Below are positions 1 through 9,784 of a stretch of 64,000 nt of DNA, one piece after another (within the stretch, counting starts at the first letter, position 1; each line of letters starts with the position of its first letter). The notes beneath the pieces were generated by a model that worked only from the letters and a program-made list of their open reading frames with translations, did not search any database and was not told the origin of the DNA. This DNA is from Snowella sp. (GTDB lineage: Bacteria > Cyanobacteriota > Cyanobacteriia > Cyanobacteriales > Microcystaceae). Position numbers and translations under genes: made by a program. The stretch covers positions 128,001-192,000 of the forward strand of contig JAYKGY010000104.1 in NCBI GenBank assembly GCA_035285545.1, given 5' to 3'.

Positions 1-1
1 T

Positions 2-226
2 TTCCCTCAAGCCTTGCGAATCTTTATATTGCCGCCTTCGATGGAAGAATTAGAGCAACGTTTACGCAGTCGGGGTCAAGATGCGGATGCCGCGATCGCG
101 TTACGGTTAGAACGAGCCAAGGAAGAATTAGCTCTTAGCCACGAATTTGATTATGAAGTGGTCAATGATGATTTAGAAACGGCCTTAGCCAAAATTGAAA
201 AAATTTTATTCGGGACTGCGGTATAA
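2..226 (+). CDS. gmk: Guanylate kinase, C-terminal part (5' end outside window)
   Basis: Open frame from base 2 (FPQALRIFILPPSMEELEQRLRSRG...FDYEVVNDDL), the typical Gmk C-terminus. Confidence 0.92.
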   Translation, partial: FPQALRIFILPPSMEELEQRLRSRGQDADAAIALRLERAKEELALSHEFDYEVVNDDLETALAKIEKILFGTAV

Positions 227-1711
227 CCAATCTCGAATTTCTTGAACGATCCAAGCGGCTTCTGCGGGGTCTAAGTCTTTGCCTAAGGGGTAAATCTGGT
301 CAGGTGTTGTGAAACTAAGGTGCTGTTGATCAGATTGAGTAGGCGCAAAAACTCCCATAATATCTTGACGTTTTCCCCTTGCTTTTTGATAGGTTATTCC
401 TAAAATTGTTTGGCTAATTTGGTATTGTTCATCCGCTAAAATAAGCTGCGTTTTAGAGAGTTTTCCAAAAATTAAATCAATAACGAGAGTTAACAGGACA
501 ATTCCTAAATTTAACAGTAAAATCAGTTCTAATTCCCAAAAAACAAACGATTTATTTGGTGTTAAATAATAATTTAATCCCATCAAACTGGGCGCGATCG
601 CTAAACTCCAAATCATCAAGCCCCACAGACTCAAACGAGTCAAAGAATTAGACTGAGAAGTTTTTCCCAATAAGGTATCCCATAGGCGAAACTGACCAGA
701 AGCCAGTTTTAGCGTTAACACGGATTCGGAGTAACTTAATTTAATCCGAGATTGTCTCGGTTGAATTAGCTTTTGGGTTTGCTCAACCACTTTCTGTCCA
801 AAATGAAAGGGATTGTCTAAGCTTAAAAGCGTCTCTAATGCCTCCGTTGCTGACTGATAACGTTTTTCTACAATGGGGTGGGTTAACCTCGCTAACCATT
901 GTTTAAACGGGCGGCTAATGGCGATCTGATCGTCTAAAACGAACCCTGACTGTTGAGCAATGACGGTTTCCGGCGATCGCCCCGTTAATAAATGAATCAA
1001 AGTTGCGCCTAATCCATACAGATCTGAGGCGGGAACGGCTTTTCCCCAATATTGTTCTAAGGGTGTATAACCACTACTGCCAACTACGGTAAACGTTACG
1101 CCGGTCACGGTTTTATTAGCTTGAACGGCTCCAAAATCAATTAAGTAAATATGGCCATCGGTTCCTAAAATTAAATTACTCGGTTTAAGATCACGATGTA
1201 AAATGGGCGGATTTGATTCATGTAAATAAACTAAAATATTGAGAATTTCTTGAGCAATTTTTTTAAGATCACTTTCACTAAAAGTTCGATTTTTATGGAT
1301 TAATTCGGCTAAAGAAAAACCATGTAGATAGTCTTGAGTCAAAGCAAACCAGGTTACGCCAGAGCCGTTTTGTTGATCAATTTCAAAGGAGTCATGATAG
1401 TGGGGAATGCGCGGATGATTTAAGTTTTGTAAAACTTCCGCTTCTCGTTCAAATAGTTTAAATTCTGACCATTGCAACTGAGGACTAAAAGCAAGTAGTT
1501 TAAGGGTGACTAATTGCGGCGATCGCTGAAAAGCGAGTAATTTAACTAAATTGAGCCAATCGAGATTATTAAGTTTTTCCCAACGCCAGAGAAAGCCAAA
1601 TTGATGAGATTTTAAGTCAATCGCCAGCCAGGTTTGACGGTTATTTCCTGAATGGCCTAACGGTTGTTTCAAGAGATAACGCTGATGGAGAATGTCACCC
1701 GTTTTAAACAT
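206..1711 (-). CDS. Hanks-type Ser/Thr protein kinase with C-terminal transmembrane segments
   Basis: HRDLKPSN, DFG and GSSGYTPLEQ motifs; two hydrophobic helices near the C-terminus. Confidence 0.92.
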   Translation of the reverse strand: MFKTGDILHQRYLLKQPLGHSGNNRQTWLAIDLKSHQFGFLWRWEKLNNLDWLNLVKLLAFQRSPQLVTLKLLAFSPQLQWSEFKLFEREAEVLQNLNHPRIPHYHDSFEIDQQNGSGVTWFALTQDYLHGFSLAELIHKNRTFSESDLKKIAQEILNILVYLHESNPPILHRDLKPSNLILGTDGHIYLIDFGAVQANKTVTGVTFTVVGSSGYTPLEQYWGKAVPASDLYGLGATLIHLLTGRSPETVIAQQSGFVLDDQIAISRPFKQWLARLTHPIVEKRYQSATEALETLLSLDNPFHFGQKVVEQTQKLIQPRQSRIKLSYSESVLTLKLASGQFRLWDTLLGKTSQSNSLTRLSLWGLMIWSLAIAPSLMGLNYYLTPNKSFVFWELELILLLNLGIVLLTLVIDLIFGKLSKTQLILADEQYQISQTILGITYQKARGKRQDIMGVFAPTQSDQQHLSFTTPDQIYPLGKDLDPAEAAWIVQEIRDWLYRSPE

Positions 1712-1831
1712 GGCTGTTGTCCTTGAATGGGTTTTTCTTCGGCATGACGCTTCTTCTATTTTCCCTGATTCATCCCCAGCCGTGCCCGACCCGCTCAGAT
1801 AATTTTTGGAATGAGGCTCATTCGGACGGAT

Positions 1832-3319
1832 TTAACAGGGTTTTAATTGGCTTAATTCAATAATGATGGTATCGATGGCATTGCGTAGAATAGAAGCCGG
1901 TTGCTCGCTATTATTGACCAAAATGCTAAAAACGAGGGGCGCAAAGTCTGTGGGTTGCAAATAACCTGACAAGCTAATAGCTCCCGATAAGGTGCCGGTT
2001 TTTCCCTGTAATTTGCCGACAACGGGAGTATTTAAAAAACGGTTTTTTAAGGTGCCGGTTTGTCCCGCGATCGCGAGGGAGTCTCGATAGGTTGTACCTA
2101 AAGGAGATTGGGTCATCGAAGTTAATAATTGTACAAAAGCGGTGGGTGATACGAGGGTCTGGCGCGATAGGCCCGATCCGTCTTTTAAGAAATATTGATT
2201 ATTTTCTACTTTTAAACTATTCAAAGTCTCTTTTAAACTCTCGATCGCGGTATTGTCTGAATCTTGAATGTGATTTAATAAACTTTCTGCGTATAAATTA
2301 TTGCTATTTTGATTGATTTCCGTAATGAGTTCTTTTAAGGTTGGAGATTCAATTTCTAATAATTGTTTTTCTTGGGAATTAATGGCGGGATTATTGGTAA
2401 TTTCTACTCGGCCAACTTGAATTCCAGCTTCAGTCAATACCTGTTGCAAAGAGTCGGCAAAGTAACGGACGGGATCGGGAATGGCGATCGCAGTAATGTC
2501 GGGTTCGGATTGGTTTCCGAGTTCTCCCTCAAGGACTAAAACCGGCTGACCTAAAACTCCTTTGATACGGATTCTTTGGGTGGGATTCCCTGATACCGTG
2601 CGGGTTTGGTTAATAATTTGCCATTGCTTAGCGGTGATCGCGTCCGACCAGGTAACCTGTAAAGGTTGTCCGACCGCTTGGGGAGATAGGGTTAAATTAA
2701 CGGTATTTTGATTGAGGATTAATTGATTAACCGCAGGGGCATAATAAAAATAAATATCTTCCCATTCCCAGGTGGGTTTTAATAGATTTTGTGGGGCAAT
2801 TGTCTCGACTAAACTTAAGGTTTTGATCTGTTGAATTCCTTGAGATTTTAGATGATTAGCCAAGGTTTTTAATTGTTCAGTGGTTAAGCTCGGATCGCCT
2901 TTGCCAATGATTCGTAAACGGTTTAAACTAGCCCCTTCTCCTTGACTATAAATAGGTGTTTTAATGCGATAATTTTCTCCTGATTTCACTAAAGCGGCGG
3001 CGGTTGTTAACAGTTTAGTATTAGAAGCCGGGACAAATAATTGTTCAGCCCCCCGTTGATAAAGGGTCGTTTGATTCTGTAAATTTTTAACCAGAATTCC
3101 CCAATGGGCTGTCCGTAACTCAGGCTGGCTTAATAATGTATCAATTTTTTGGGGGATGTCTGCCACACAACGGCGATCGCGGGATCTAACGGTTTGGGAG
3201 AGGGGGCTATCGGCGATCGCGACCTTGGGAGTCATCAGCATCATCAATAAGAACCCTATGATCCAACGTGCTTTTGAAGGAAACCCGACTGTCTTTAAAA
3301 ATTTGCTATGATGGAACAT
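1832..3319 (-). CDS. dacB: D-Ala-D-Ala carboxypeptidase/endopeptidase (PBP4, peptidase S13)
   Basis: PASNTKL (SxxK), SNN, KTGTL and DGSGLSR motifs; signal peptide. Confidence 0.93.
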   Translation of the reverse strand: MFHHSKFLKTVGFPSKARWIIGFLLMMLMTPKVAIADSPLSQTVRSRDRRCVADIPQKIDTLLSQPELRTAHWGILVKNLQNQTTLYQRGAEQLFVPASNTKLLTTAAALVKSGENYRIKTPIYSQGEGASLNRLRIIGKGDPSLTTEQLKTLANHLKSQGIQQIKTLSLVETIAPQNLLKPTWEWEDIYFYYAPAVNQLILNQNTVNLTLSPQAVGQPLQVTWSDAITAKQWQIINQTRTVSGNPTQRIRIKGVLGQPVLVLEGELGNQSEPDITAIAIPDPVRYFADSLQQVLTEAGIQVGRVEITNNPAINSQEKQLLEIESPTLKELITEINQNSNNLYAESLLNHIQDSDNTAIESLKETLNSLKVENNQYFLKDGSGLSRQTLVSPTAFVQLLTSMTQSPLGTTYRDSLAIAGQTGTLKNRFLNTPVVGKLQGKTGTLSGAISLSGYLQPTDFAPLVFSILVNNSEQPASILRNAIDTIIIELSQLKPC

Positions 3320-3444
3320 AAAATAATTTTCAGTTAATAAGTTATCGCTAAATTTAATTGCTATTTTCTAACGAATAAAATTGACGAAAAATAATTGATC
3401 AAGTTTCAATTAAATTAATCATTTCATTAACATAGAGGTAAAGC

Positions 3445-4809
3445 GTGAGCTACGATTTTGATTTATTCGTAATAGGCGGCGGTTCAGGGGGAATTGCGAC
3501 GGCGAGACGGGCGGCGGAATACGGTGCAAAAGTAGGCATTGCCGAAGCTGACCGCTTAGGGGGAACCTGTGTAAATAAGGGCTGTGTTCCTAAAAAATTG
3601 TTGGTTTATGCCTCCCGTTTTGCTGATCATTTTCACGAAGCGCAAGGATACGGCTGGAGTCCGATTGAAAGCCATTGTGATTGGAAAACCTTAATTACTG
3701 CTGTTAATCAGGAAGTAAATCGACTCAACGGAATTTATCAACGAATGTTAGATAATTCCAAGGTAGAAATTTTTCGAGAATTTGCCTCGTTTATTGATCT
3801 CCATACCCTACAAGTCGGAGACAAAAACATTACTGCCGATAAGATTTTAATTGCCGTCGGTGGCCATCCTGTTACGCCCCAGGTGCCAGGGATTGAACAC
3901 GCCCTCATTTCCGATGATATGTTTAATTTAACTGAACAACCGAAAAATTTGGTGGTTTTAGGGGGCGGTTATATCGGAGTCGAATTTGCTTGTTTAATGA
4001 ATAAATTGGGGTCTAAAGTCACTCAAATTATTCGCGGCGATAAGATTTTACGAGGGTTTGATGAGGATCTCCGCACTGAAATTCAAGAATCCATGATCAA
4101 ACACGGAATTAATATTATTAATCACAGCAAATTAATTAGCATTGATAAAACAGATCGGGGATTAAATATTAATCTTGAAAATATTTGTAAGGATCACGAA
4201 AAATTTCAAGTTTCGGGCGTAGATTCTTTGACCCTAGCGGCTTTAGGCAGACGGGCCAAATTAGATAATCTTAATCTTGATAAGGCTGGGGTTTGTGTTA
4301 AACATGAAGCGATCGCCGTCAATGAATATAGCCAGACTTCCCAGCCCAATATTTTTGCCGTGGGAGATTGCACCAATCGCATTAATTTAACGCCCGTTGC
4401 CATTAATGAAGGCCGCGCCCTAGCGGACACAGAATTTGGCGGAAAATCCCGAATTATGGCCTATGACAATGTTCCTTCGGCTGTCTTTAGTACCCCAGAA
4501 GCCGCAACGGTGGGGCTAACAGAATGTCAGGCGGTTCATCAATTTGGGGAAGATAACATCAAAATCTATCGTTCTAAGTTCCGCTCTATGTACTACACCT
4601 TACCAAACCTCGACGAGAAAACCCTGATGAAGTTAGTTGTCCGCAAAGATACGGATCAGGTGATTGGGGCACACATGGTCGGAGATTATGCGGCTGAAAT
4701 TATTCAAGGAGTCGCGATCGCGGTCAAAATGGGAGCAACCAAAGCCGACTTCGATGCAACCGTTGGCATTCATCCCACCTCAGCCGAAGAATTTGTCACC
4801 ATGCGTTAA
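3445..4809 (+). CDS. gor: Glutathione-disulfide reductase
   Basis: GGGSGG, GGTCVNKGCVPKK redox disulfide, LTPVAI and HPTSAEEF motifs. Confidence 0.93.
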   Translation: MSYDFDLFVIGGGSGGIATARRAAEYGAKVGIAEADRLGGTCVNKGCVPKKLLVYASRFADHFHEAQGYGWSPIESHCDWKTLITAVNQEVNRLNGIYQRMLDNSKVEIFREFASFIDLHTLQVGDKNITADKILIAVGGHPVTPQVPGIEHALISDDMFNLTEQPKNLVVLGGGYIGVEFACLMNKLGSKVTQIIRGDKILRGFDEDLRTEIQESMIKHGINIINHSKLISIDKTDRGLNINLENICKDHEKFQVSGVDSLTLAALGRRAKLDNLNLDKAGVCVKHEAIAVNEYSQTSQPNIFAVGDCTNRINLTPVAINEGRALADTEFGGKSRIMAYDNVPSAVFSTPEAATVGLTECQAVHQFGEDNIKIYRSKFRSMYYTLPNLDEKTLMKLVVRKDTDQVIGAHMVGDYAAEIIQGVAIAVKMGATKADFDATVGIHPTSAEEFVTMR

Positions 4810-4814
4810 GTAGA

Positions 4815-4864
4815 ATCCCCCCGCCTATCGGTATTCTCCTTAATAAGTCAGAAGGCAGGGGGAA
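4815..4864. repeat. REP-like palindromic dispersed repeat, copy 1 (degenerate)
   Basis: Starts ATCCCCCCGCCTATCGG and ends in a G-run; same core as 15483-15530 and 43823-43870. Confidence 0.8.
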
Positions 4865-4886
4865 CAATCACAAAATGCTTTTTAAT

Positions 4887-6284
4887 TTAATTATTTTTCT
4901 TTTGAAATAACCAAATATCATCCCTTTGATATTGTGTTTTAAAATCAGGATTTTGCTGTAATTGTTGGACTAAATTTTTAACCGTTTCTTGGGAATTTTC
5001 CCAGCCAGGATGACGAGTATTGAGCAAAATATAAGTAAAAGTTGTAGGATCAATGGGTTCCGCATCCTTAATGGCTAACTGAACCATGACTCGTTGGCTT
5101 AAATGGGGAGCAATTTGGGGAGAAACCAATAAACTTTCATCGGTTTTTACTAAACTAACAGCTTCTTGCATCGCAGCTAAATTATCCCAATTTTCTAAAT
5201 ATTTACTAAAGAAATAACCATATTTTCCTAATGCTAAAAACGTGATTAATGACCAAATAATAATACCTTTAGGATTTTTAACTAAACCCTTATTATGAGC
5301 TAAACTGGTGATTACAGCTAAAAATAAAAACGGTAAAATAGCAATAGAATATTGATGGGTAATATCTTTTTGCGGGAAGTAATCCGTCAATAAGTTTAAA
5401 AATAAGCTAGGTAAAGCGGGGATTAAAGGTGTTAAATATTGGAAAGATAACCCCCAAAGTACAGGAGCTATTAATAATAGTAAATAACCCAAATTTTCGC
5501 CTGTAAAAATTCGACCTAATATAAGATTAGGTTTTAAAATTAGATTTTGAATGATTTCCGTAACTGAATTTCCTAAAAATGAATAACGGCCAACGGCAGC
5601 AACTTCAGCCCCACTAAATTGGGGAATAATAACTTTAGTCGCAATAATAAACCAGGCGACTCCTGAAATTAAAGCAATAACTCCATAAACTTTTTTTTTC
5701 TCCCAAATCAGTAGCCAAAATCCCATTGCTGCGACGGTTAAGGACAAAACAGCTTTACAACTTAGAATGATTACAATACTGACAATAAATCCCAATAATT
5801 TCTGATTACGTGCCGTCCAAATTGCCCAAAGAATAGCAGGCAAAGCAATCACTTCAGGATGGAAATCAAATAGATTAACATTAAATAACAACGGATAGAG
5901 TAAAAAAGCAATAGTTACGGCAAAAGCTTGATCATCTTTTAATCCTGCTTGATTCGCCAATAACCAAATGGGCCAAGCTCCTAAACTCAGCGCGATCGCC
6001 TGAATGAATAATAACCAATAAACACTCGGATAAAGTTTATAAAAAAGTGCAATAGGATAAAGAATGAAAGAAGCATGATCGCCTAAAATATGAAAACCTC
6101 GAAAAGAAATAATAGGATTTTGATTTTGACTAATTAAATAAACCGCTTGATCAAACCAACCGAGATCTAACGCATTAGATTGAAATAATAAATGCCTAGC
6201 AATACTACTAATCAAAAAGATTAACGTAGCAGTGCCAATAGCAATCAAAACCTTAGATGGTAATAACTCAATTTTTTTAAACAT
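4887..6284 (-). CDS. DUF2079-like multi-pass membrane protein (GT-C-like)
   Basis: DLGWFDQ, GDH and FDFHPE motifs; many TM helices. Confidence 0.75.
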   Translation of the reverse strand: MFKKIELLPSKVLIAIGTATLIFLISSIARHLLFQSNALDLGWFDQAVYLISQNQNPIISFRGFHILGDHASFILYPIALFYKLYPSVYWLLFIQAIALSLGAWPIWLLANQAGLKDDQAFAVTIAFLLYPLLFNVNLFDFHPEVIALPAILWAIWTARNQKLLGFIVSIVIILSCKAVLSLTVAAMGFWLLIWEKKKVYGVIALISGVAWFIIATKVIIPQFSGAEVAAVGRYSFLGNSVTEIIQNLILKPNLILGRIFTGENLGYLLLLIAPVLWGLSFQYLTPLIPALPSLFLNLLTDYFPQKDITHQYSIAILPFLFLAVITSLAHNKGLVKNPKGIIIWSLITFLALGKYGYFFSKYLENWDNLAAMQEAVSLVKTDESLLVSPQIAPHLSQRVMVQLAIKDAEPIDPTTFTYILLNTRHPGWENSQETVKNLVQQLQQNPDFKTQYQRDDIWLFQKKNN

Positions 6285-6288
6285 TATT

Positions 6289-6351
6289 AACTATCAACTA
6301 TCAACTATCAACTATCAACTATAAAATATTAACTATTAACTATTAACTATT
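6289..6351. repeat. Heptamer tandem repeat (STRR-type), 9 units AACTAT(C/T)
   Basis: AACTATC x4, two variants and AACTATT x3, filling the intergenic gap. Confidence 0.9.
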
Positions 6352-7155
6352 TCGCAATAACCAAAACCCAGTGTAGGTCATGCCCGAATCATCAGGCTGA
6401 ACCAACAAAAAATGCAATCCTAAAGTGTCTTGTTTCCGGGTTTCAAAAGTTGATCCACTCTGGGCAATTTCCGCATCTTCAAAGGTTAATAAGACCCAGC
6501 GATCGCTTAAGCCTGCTTCTAAGATCATGCCCCCCGATTGTCCCACTTCGGTCGGAATAAAATTCAAACTAACGGGGCTAATGGAATCTAACCACTGGGC
6601 TAAATAACGAGATTGTCTGCCGCCATAAATCACTACACCTGGAATATTAACCGTTGAAGGAATGCCTAAAGTTAAAGGAAAAAACGCTTCAGGTAAGTGC
6701 AAATAGGGCATCGGGCGATCGCGAAAAAAATCCACTAGTTCACCCGCAGGAAAAGCAGCAAAACGCCACTGTTCTCCCCACAGATTATCGGGGACGGGTT
6801 GGGGTGGTGGTTGGTCTAATTTAAACGCGCTCTGCCAATCGGGATGGCGTTGGGTTAATAGCTGTTTTAATGCAGTTGTATGACGATTTGCTTCGATGGG
6901 AATGTCTAATTCCTTACCTGCTAAGGTTAATAAATTCAAAGATTGGGGACGAAAAACTTGGATTTTTTCAGGCTTTTCTGTTTCTAAAAGTGGTTGTAAT
7001 TTTTCGATTAACCAAGCAGAATTAACCTGAGATTGTAAACAATTAGCTTCCTCAACAATTCGCCCGTAATTATCACAAATTAATAGCTCCCAATAAACAT
7101 TTTCCTTTGGATTTGAGGATGGAAATTTATAAAAGTCTGCTTGCCAAATAACCAT
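6343..7155 (-). CDS. Tab2/Atab2 family RNA-binding protein (DUF1092)
   Basis: IWQADFY, WELLICD, LWGEQWRF and GLHFLLVQPDDSGMTYTGFWLL motifs. Confidence 0.88.
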   Translation of the reverse strand: MVIWQADFYKFPSSNPKENVYWELLICDNYGRIVEEANCLQSQVNSAWLIEKLQPLLETEKPEKIQVFRPQSLNLLTLAGKELDIPIEANRHTTALKQLLTQRHPDWQSAFKLDQPPPQPVPDNLWGEQWRFAAFPAGELVDFFRDRPMPYLHLPEAFFPLTLGIPSTVNIPGVVIYGGRQSRYLAQWLDSISPVSLNFIPTEVGQSGGMILEAGLSDRWVLLTFEDAEIAQSGSTFETRKQDTLGLHFLLVQPDDSGMTYTGFWLLRNS

Positions 7156-7216
7156 AAATTAAAATTACAAAATAACGCTAAAATCAAAAAAATAGGATCA
7201 TGATATTTGAATTTCC

Positions 7217-7819
7217 ATGAGCGAGCAAACTTTATCCGAAGAATGGCTAGAAATTGGCATCATTGTAGCACCCCAAGGTTTACAGGGTGAGGTGAGGGTG
7301 CTTTCTAGTTCGGACTTTCCTGAGCGATTTACCCAAAAAGGCACCCGTTGGCTCCAATCTCCCAAAGGGGAAACTCCTCAAGCGGTAAAACTTAGCTCTG
7401 GTCGCTATTTAGATGGCAAAAATCTGTATATTGTCAAATTAGCGGAGATCCAAAATCGCACTCAAGCCGAATCCCTACGCCATTATCGTTTACTGGTTCC
7501 TGCCAGCGATCGCTTACCTGTGGAAGATGATGAATATCATGTGGCTGACTTGATCGGCCTAGAAGTCTATGATCAACAGACAGGGGAATTAATTGGAATT
7601 GTTAAAGATGTTTTTTCAGCAGGCAATGATTTATTAGAGGTTCAACTTACACCTGAATTTATGTCAAAAAAAAGTACGAAAGAGCAAGAAGAAATTGAAA
7701 CTCAAAAAGTATCAGGGAAAAGAATTTTAGTTCCCTTTGTCAAAGCGATTGTTCCCATTGTAGAGATTAATAATAAACGCATTGAAATCAATCCGCCCAC
7801 AGGTTTATTAGATTTATGA
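7217..7819 (+). CDS. rimM: 16S rRNA processing protein RimM
   Basis: GIIVAPQGLQGEVRV, EYHVADLIGL and ILVPFVKAIV motifs. Confidence 0.95.
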   Translation: MSEQTLSEEWLEIGIIVAPQGLQGEVRVLSSSDFPERFTQKGTRWLQSPKGETPQAVKLSSGRYLDGKNLYIVKLAEIQNRTQAESLRHYRLLVPASDRLPVEDDEYHVADLIGLEVYDQQTGELIGIVKDVFSAGNDLLEVQLTPEFMSKKSTKEQEEIETQKVSGKRILVPFVKAIVPIVEINNKRIEINPPTGLLDL

Positions 7820-7913
7820 AGAATACTTAATGCGTAATAATGGCTCAAGAGACGGTTAGGCGATCGCACTATTTTCTTCATTATCCAAAATCTTAGGCTC
7901 AGTAATTCGTGAG

Positions 7914-8840
7914 ATGACAATTACCAGTGATCAAGTTAAACAAAAAGCGATTGAATTGGGGTTTCATTTAGTTGGAATTGCGGATGTTGACCAAGAATTT
8001 CCTGATCAAGCATTAGAACGGTTAAAAGCCTGGTTAACAATGAGTTATCAAGCGGAGATGCAATGGATGGCTAATCCTAAACGCTTTGATATTCGCGCTT
8101 GTTTTCCTGACGTGCAATCCGTTATTTCGGTTGCGATCAATTATTACACCCCCCATCAACGGGCAGAAGGCAAAGAATATGCCAAAATCTCTCGTTACGG
8201 TTGGGGGCGCGATTACCATAAAGTCATGACGCGACGGTTGAAAGCCCTGAGCCATTGGTTAGAAGATCAAGATAAAACCATTAAAACCCGTTATTATGCC
8301 GATACCGGCCCCATTCAAGATAAGGTTTGGGCGCAACGTAGCGGTTTAGGCTGGATTGCTAAAAATGGTAATGTCATTACTCGGAACTATGGTAGCTGGG
8401 TCTTTTTGGGAGAAGTGTTAATTAACATCCCTTTAACGCCCGATCGCCCCCATACCGAACATTGTGGAACCTGTACTCGTTGCCTGGATGCGTGCCCAAC
8501 AGGAGCCATCACTCAACCTTTTGTGATTAACAGCGATCGCTGCATTGCCTACCATACCATTGAAAATCGATCAGATACTTTACCGGATGACATTAAACCC
8601 CATTTAGACGGATGGGTTGCCGGTTGTGATATTTGTCAGGATGTCTGCCCCTGGAATCAACGCTTTGCCAAAGAAACCGATATTCCTGATTTTCAACCCT
8701 ATCCTGAGAATATTAATCCCAAATTAAAGGATTTAGCCGAAATTAGCGACCAAGAATGGGATCAACGCTTTACGGCCTCAGCATTAAGAAGAATTAAAAC
8801 TGCTATGTTACGGCGGAATGCTCGTGCTAGTCTAGAGTAG
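7914..8840 (+). CDS. queG: Epoxyqueuosine reductase
   Basis: RYGWGRDYH, CGTCTRCLDACPTGA and GCDICQDVCPWN motifs. Confidence 0.95.
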   Translation: MTITSDQVKQKAIELGFHLVGIADVDQEFPDQALERLKAWLTMSYQAEMQWMANPKRFDIRACFPDVQSVISVAINYYTPHQRAEGKEYAKISRYGWGRDYHKVMTRRLKALSHWLEDQDKTIKTRYYADTGPIQDKVWAQRSGLGWIAKNGNVITRNYGSWVFLGEVLINIPLTPDRPHTEHCGTCTRCLDACPTGAITQPFVINSDRCIAYHTIENRSDTLPDDIKPHLDGWVAGCDICQDVCPWNQRFAKETDIPDFQPYPENINPKLKDLAEISDQEWDQRFTASALRRIKTAMLRRNARASLE

Positions 8841-9066
8841 GAAAAGACTCCTCTTAGCTGCATAATATACCTTAGGTCAAATTGAGCAAATATCTAATTT
8901 TTGCATTCAATTAACAGGAATTAAGGGATCAGCCTGGTTAAAATACTGGGATTTGAATGGCGACTCCAGAACAAAAGATCCCTACCAGCATCCTGTTATT
9001 TTTCCTTTTTTATTCTGATTCGTTAACCTTTTTTTATCCCCACTCTTGCGTTAATTTTGGTTCCCA

Positions 9067-9711
9067 ATGGCAATTAAAGCAATTCTATTTGATTTTGATG
9101 GCACAATTGCCAATACTCAGGATGCGTTTTTAGAAATTGTTAATGAGTTAGCCGATGAATTTGGTTATCCGCCGGTGGATCAGGTGCAATTAGAAAAACT
9201 TAAAAATTTGAGTTCGTTAGATGTTATTAAAGAATCAGCCATTCCCACATTGAAAATCCCCTTTATTCTTAAACGGATTAAAAAAGAATTAGGCAAAAAA
9301 ATCTCTGCATTAGAACCCTATCAGTCTATTATTCATGCACTTTTTACCTTAAAAGAAAGAGGCTACCTCATTGGTATTGTCACTTCAAATTTAAAGGAAA
9401 ATGTGTTAGCTTTTTTGGAGAAAAATGATCTAGATAAGGTTTTTGATTTCATTCATTCAGGAACGACTTTGTTTGGTAAGAATAAGATCATTAATCGGGT
9501 AATTAAAGAAAATAAATTGAAAGTCGAAGAGGTGATCTATGTTGGTGATGAAACGCGGGATATTCATGCCGCTAAACAAAGTAAAATTAAAATGATTTCA
9601 GTGAGTTGGGGCTTTAATTCTCCGCAAATTTTAGCGCAATATCAACCCGATTTTTTAGTCCATCATCCCTGTGAATTATTGGAAGTGGTAGCTTGTTTAG
9701 ATAAACGCTAA
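9067..9711 (+). CDS. HAD-superfamily hydrolase (subfamily IA)
   Basis: FDFDGT and YVGDETRD motifs. Confidence 0.88.
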   Translation: MAIKAILFDFDGTIANTQDAFLEIVNELADEFGYPPVDQVQLEKLKNLSSLDVIKESAIPTLKIPFILKRIKKELGKKISALEPYQSIIHALFTLKERGYLIGIVTSNLKENVLAFLEKNDLDKVFDFIHSGTTLFGKNKIINRVIKENKLKVEEVIYVGDETRDIHAAKQSKIKMISVSWGFNSPQILAQYQPDFLVHHPCELLEVVACLDKR

Positions 9712-9784
9712 TGGGTTTTGGACTTGCTATTAATAAGAAACCTACACTGTCCAACATTTTCAACAGAGGTTTTGTTGTTCTGTT

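Noticed and set aside
206..226. Convergent gene overlap between gmk and the kinase (similar at 32220 and 41808)
   Set aside because: Short 3' overlaps are common in compact genomes.
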